From Limnothrix sp. BL-A-16 (GTDB lineage Bacteria; Cyanobacteriota; Cyanobacteriia; CACIAM-69d), in the NCBI GenBank assembly GCA_041937175.2, contig CP166615.1, positions 2,784,001 to 2,848,000 of the forward strand: a DNA stretch of 64,000 nt, given 5' to 3'. Positions 62,846 through 64,000 of this stretch are shown here, in pieces. The notes beneath the pieces were generated by a model. The model did no database searches. It saw only the letters and a list, made by a program, of their open reading frames with translations, and was not told the origin of the DNA. Both the position numbers and the translations under genes were made by a program. Within the stretch, counting starts at the first letter, position 1; each line of letters starts with the position of its first letter.

Positions 62846-64000
62846 TTAGGGTACGGGGAGAGATTCCACCGTAGGCAGTGCTAGATCGCTTATTTCTTCC
62901 TCAGGGACTGGCTCCAGACGACCAGAGCCGATATATCGCTCAATTAAGGCTTTTAATTCCTGGCGTTTGAAGGGCTTGGTCAGGTAGTCAGTTGCGCCAG
63001 CCAAGCGGGCTTGGGTGCGATCGAGAAACCCCTCCCGTCCCGTGATCATGATGATGGGCACATGCCGAAACAAGCGAGTCTGTCGCAACATGGCGCATAG
63101 CTCATAGCCATCCAGATGGGGCATGGCAATATCGCAGAGGATCAAATCTGGTCGCAGCTCAAACACCTGGCTAATCGCTTCTAGGGCACTGAGAAAGCCC
63201 ACCACGTCATAGCCCAGCAACTGCAACCCCTGCTCGATCGCGCGGCAAACGGCTGGGCTATCTTCAATGCAAACAATTCTCGGTGCTCGCGGGTTGGGAT
63301 CCTGAACGGTCATGACCTGATGCCAGCGCGATCGGGCGGCCGAATGCTCCAAGGGCGGCTCAATCAGTTGCACCAACCCCTCCTGGATGTAGGGATAAAG
63401 CGCCTGGGCCACGGCCAGGAGCGGCCGCTGGCGATAGCGAGCAATTTGGCGCAGGGTGATTGACCCGGTGGCCCACTCGCTAAAGGTTTGGAGGGTTTGG
63501 GCCGGCAACACTTCTCGCAATCGCTGAACATCCGTCAACACGGGGCATAGATCTGGCGATTGCACATAGGGATAGAGTTGTTTCCAGTCCTGCAATTCCT
63601 GGGCCACTTGGGAAATCAGCGGGCTAACGGCCAAGCTGGTTAAGTGGGGCGCGATCGCCTCACCCATATTAAAAATGAACCGCCCCTCATGCACCGTCAG
63701 CAAATCAAACAGGGCCTCATGCACCATTGCCTGGAGGATATTGCGGCCCTGCACCGGTTCCAGTTGGTGGGTTTCCAGTAATGCCCAAAGATATCCATAT
63801 TCCGGCTCGCTGATGGAAGCCATTTTGGAAACCGACAGCTCATCAATGGCCGTTTCCAAGGCGTAGCGATGGAGATAATCCCGAAGGCGGGTTGTGCCCC
63901 CTTCCCCGGAGGTGCAGTAAACAATCGCCCCTTGGCGAAAGAAGACGAACCAACTGCGGCGATCGCCTGGGTGAGTGCCTTCAACTTCTAAATACAATTC
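62846..64000 (-). CDS. PatA-family response regulator (PATAN + REC; PilG/HmpA type), 5' end outside the window
   Basis: WFVFFRQGAIVY, EYGYLW, EALFDLL, C-terminal REC CDIAMP...YLTKPF. Confidence 0.88.
   Translation of the reverse strand, partial: ELYLEVEGTHPGDRRSWFVFFRQGAIVYCTSGEGGTTRLRDYLHRYALETAIDELSVSKMASISEPEYGYLWALLETHQLEPVQGRNILQAMVHEALFDLLTVHEGRFIFNMGEAIAPHLTSLAVSPLISQVAQELQDWKQLYPYVQSPDLCPVLTDVQRLREVLPAQTLQTFSEWATGSITLRQIARYRQRPLLAVAQALYPYIQEGLVQLIEPPLEHSAARSRWHQVMTVQDPNPRAPRIVCIEDSPAVCRAIEQGLQLLGYDVVGFLSALEAISQVFELRPDLILCDIAMPHLDGYELCAMLRQTRLFRHVPIIMITGREGFLDRTQARLAGATDYLTKPFKRQELKALIERYIGSGRLEPVPEEEISDLALPTVESLPVP

Larger units (their letters stand above)
1..64000. repeat. HIP1 octamer (GCGATCGC) dispersed throughout
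   Basis: Very frequent GCGATCGC/CGATCG in coding and non-coding DNA; not counted. Confidence 0.95.

Overview
Chromosomal window from a cyanobacterium. It carries psbA, psbU and apcD, and the HIP1 octamer GCGATCGC is very dense. Base composition and repeat style would fit a filamentous Limnothrix-like strain (inference only). Most genes are housekeeping or accessory: a partial TpsB/ShlB transporter, cofH, a RodZ-like HTH protein, natD/livH, atx1, ktrAB, rps1-HAD-metK, plsC, a 7Fe-type ferredoxin, a MASE1-CHASE hybrid kinase, D1 (Q130 form), NTRC-type thioredoxin reductase, nadB-psbU, an FHA-adenylate cyclase, uppP, truB, and a pil/hmp-type chemotaxis-like cluster (patA-cheY-cheW-MCP-cheA, patA cut by the window end). 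I saw no rRNA, tRNA, CRISPR array or transposase. Four things stand out. (1) A compact uncharacterised module: a sigma-70-like protein translationally coupled to a DUF1822-like protein, divergent from a GRDP-like His/Cys protein (20.7-23.4 kb). (2) Three families of non-autonomous miniature inverted-repeat elements. Two share a 20-bp palindrome (CAAGGGGCTTAAGCCCCTTG) that is flipped between two otherwise co-oriented copies, and there is a nested insertion and a 4x69-bp tandem amplification. (3) An ABC-ATPase homologue that has lost all its catalytic motifs. (4) A structured 5' leader on rps1.
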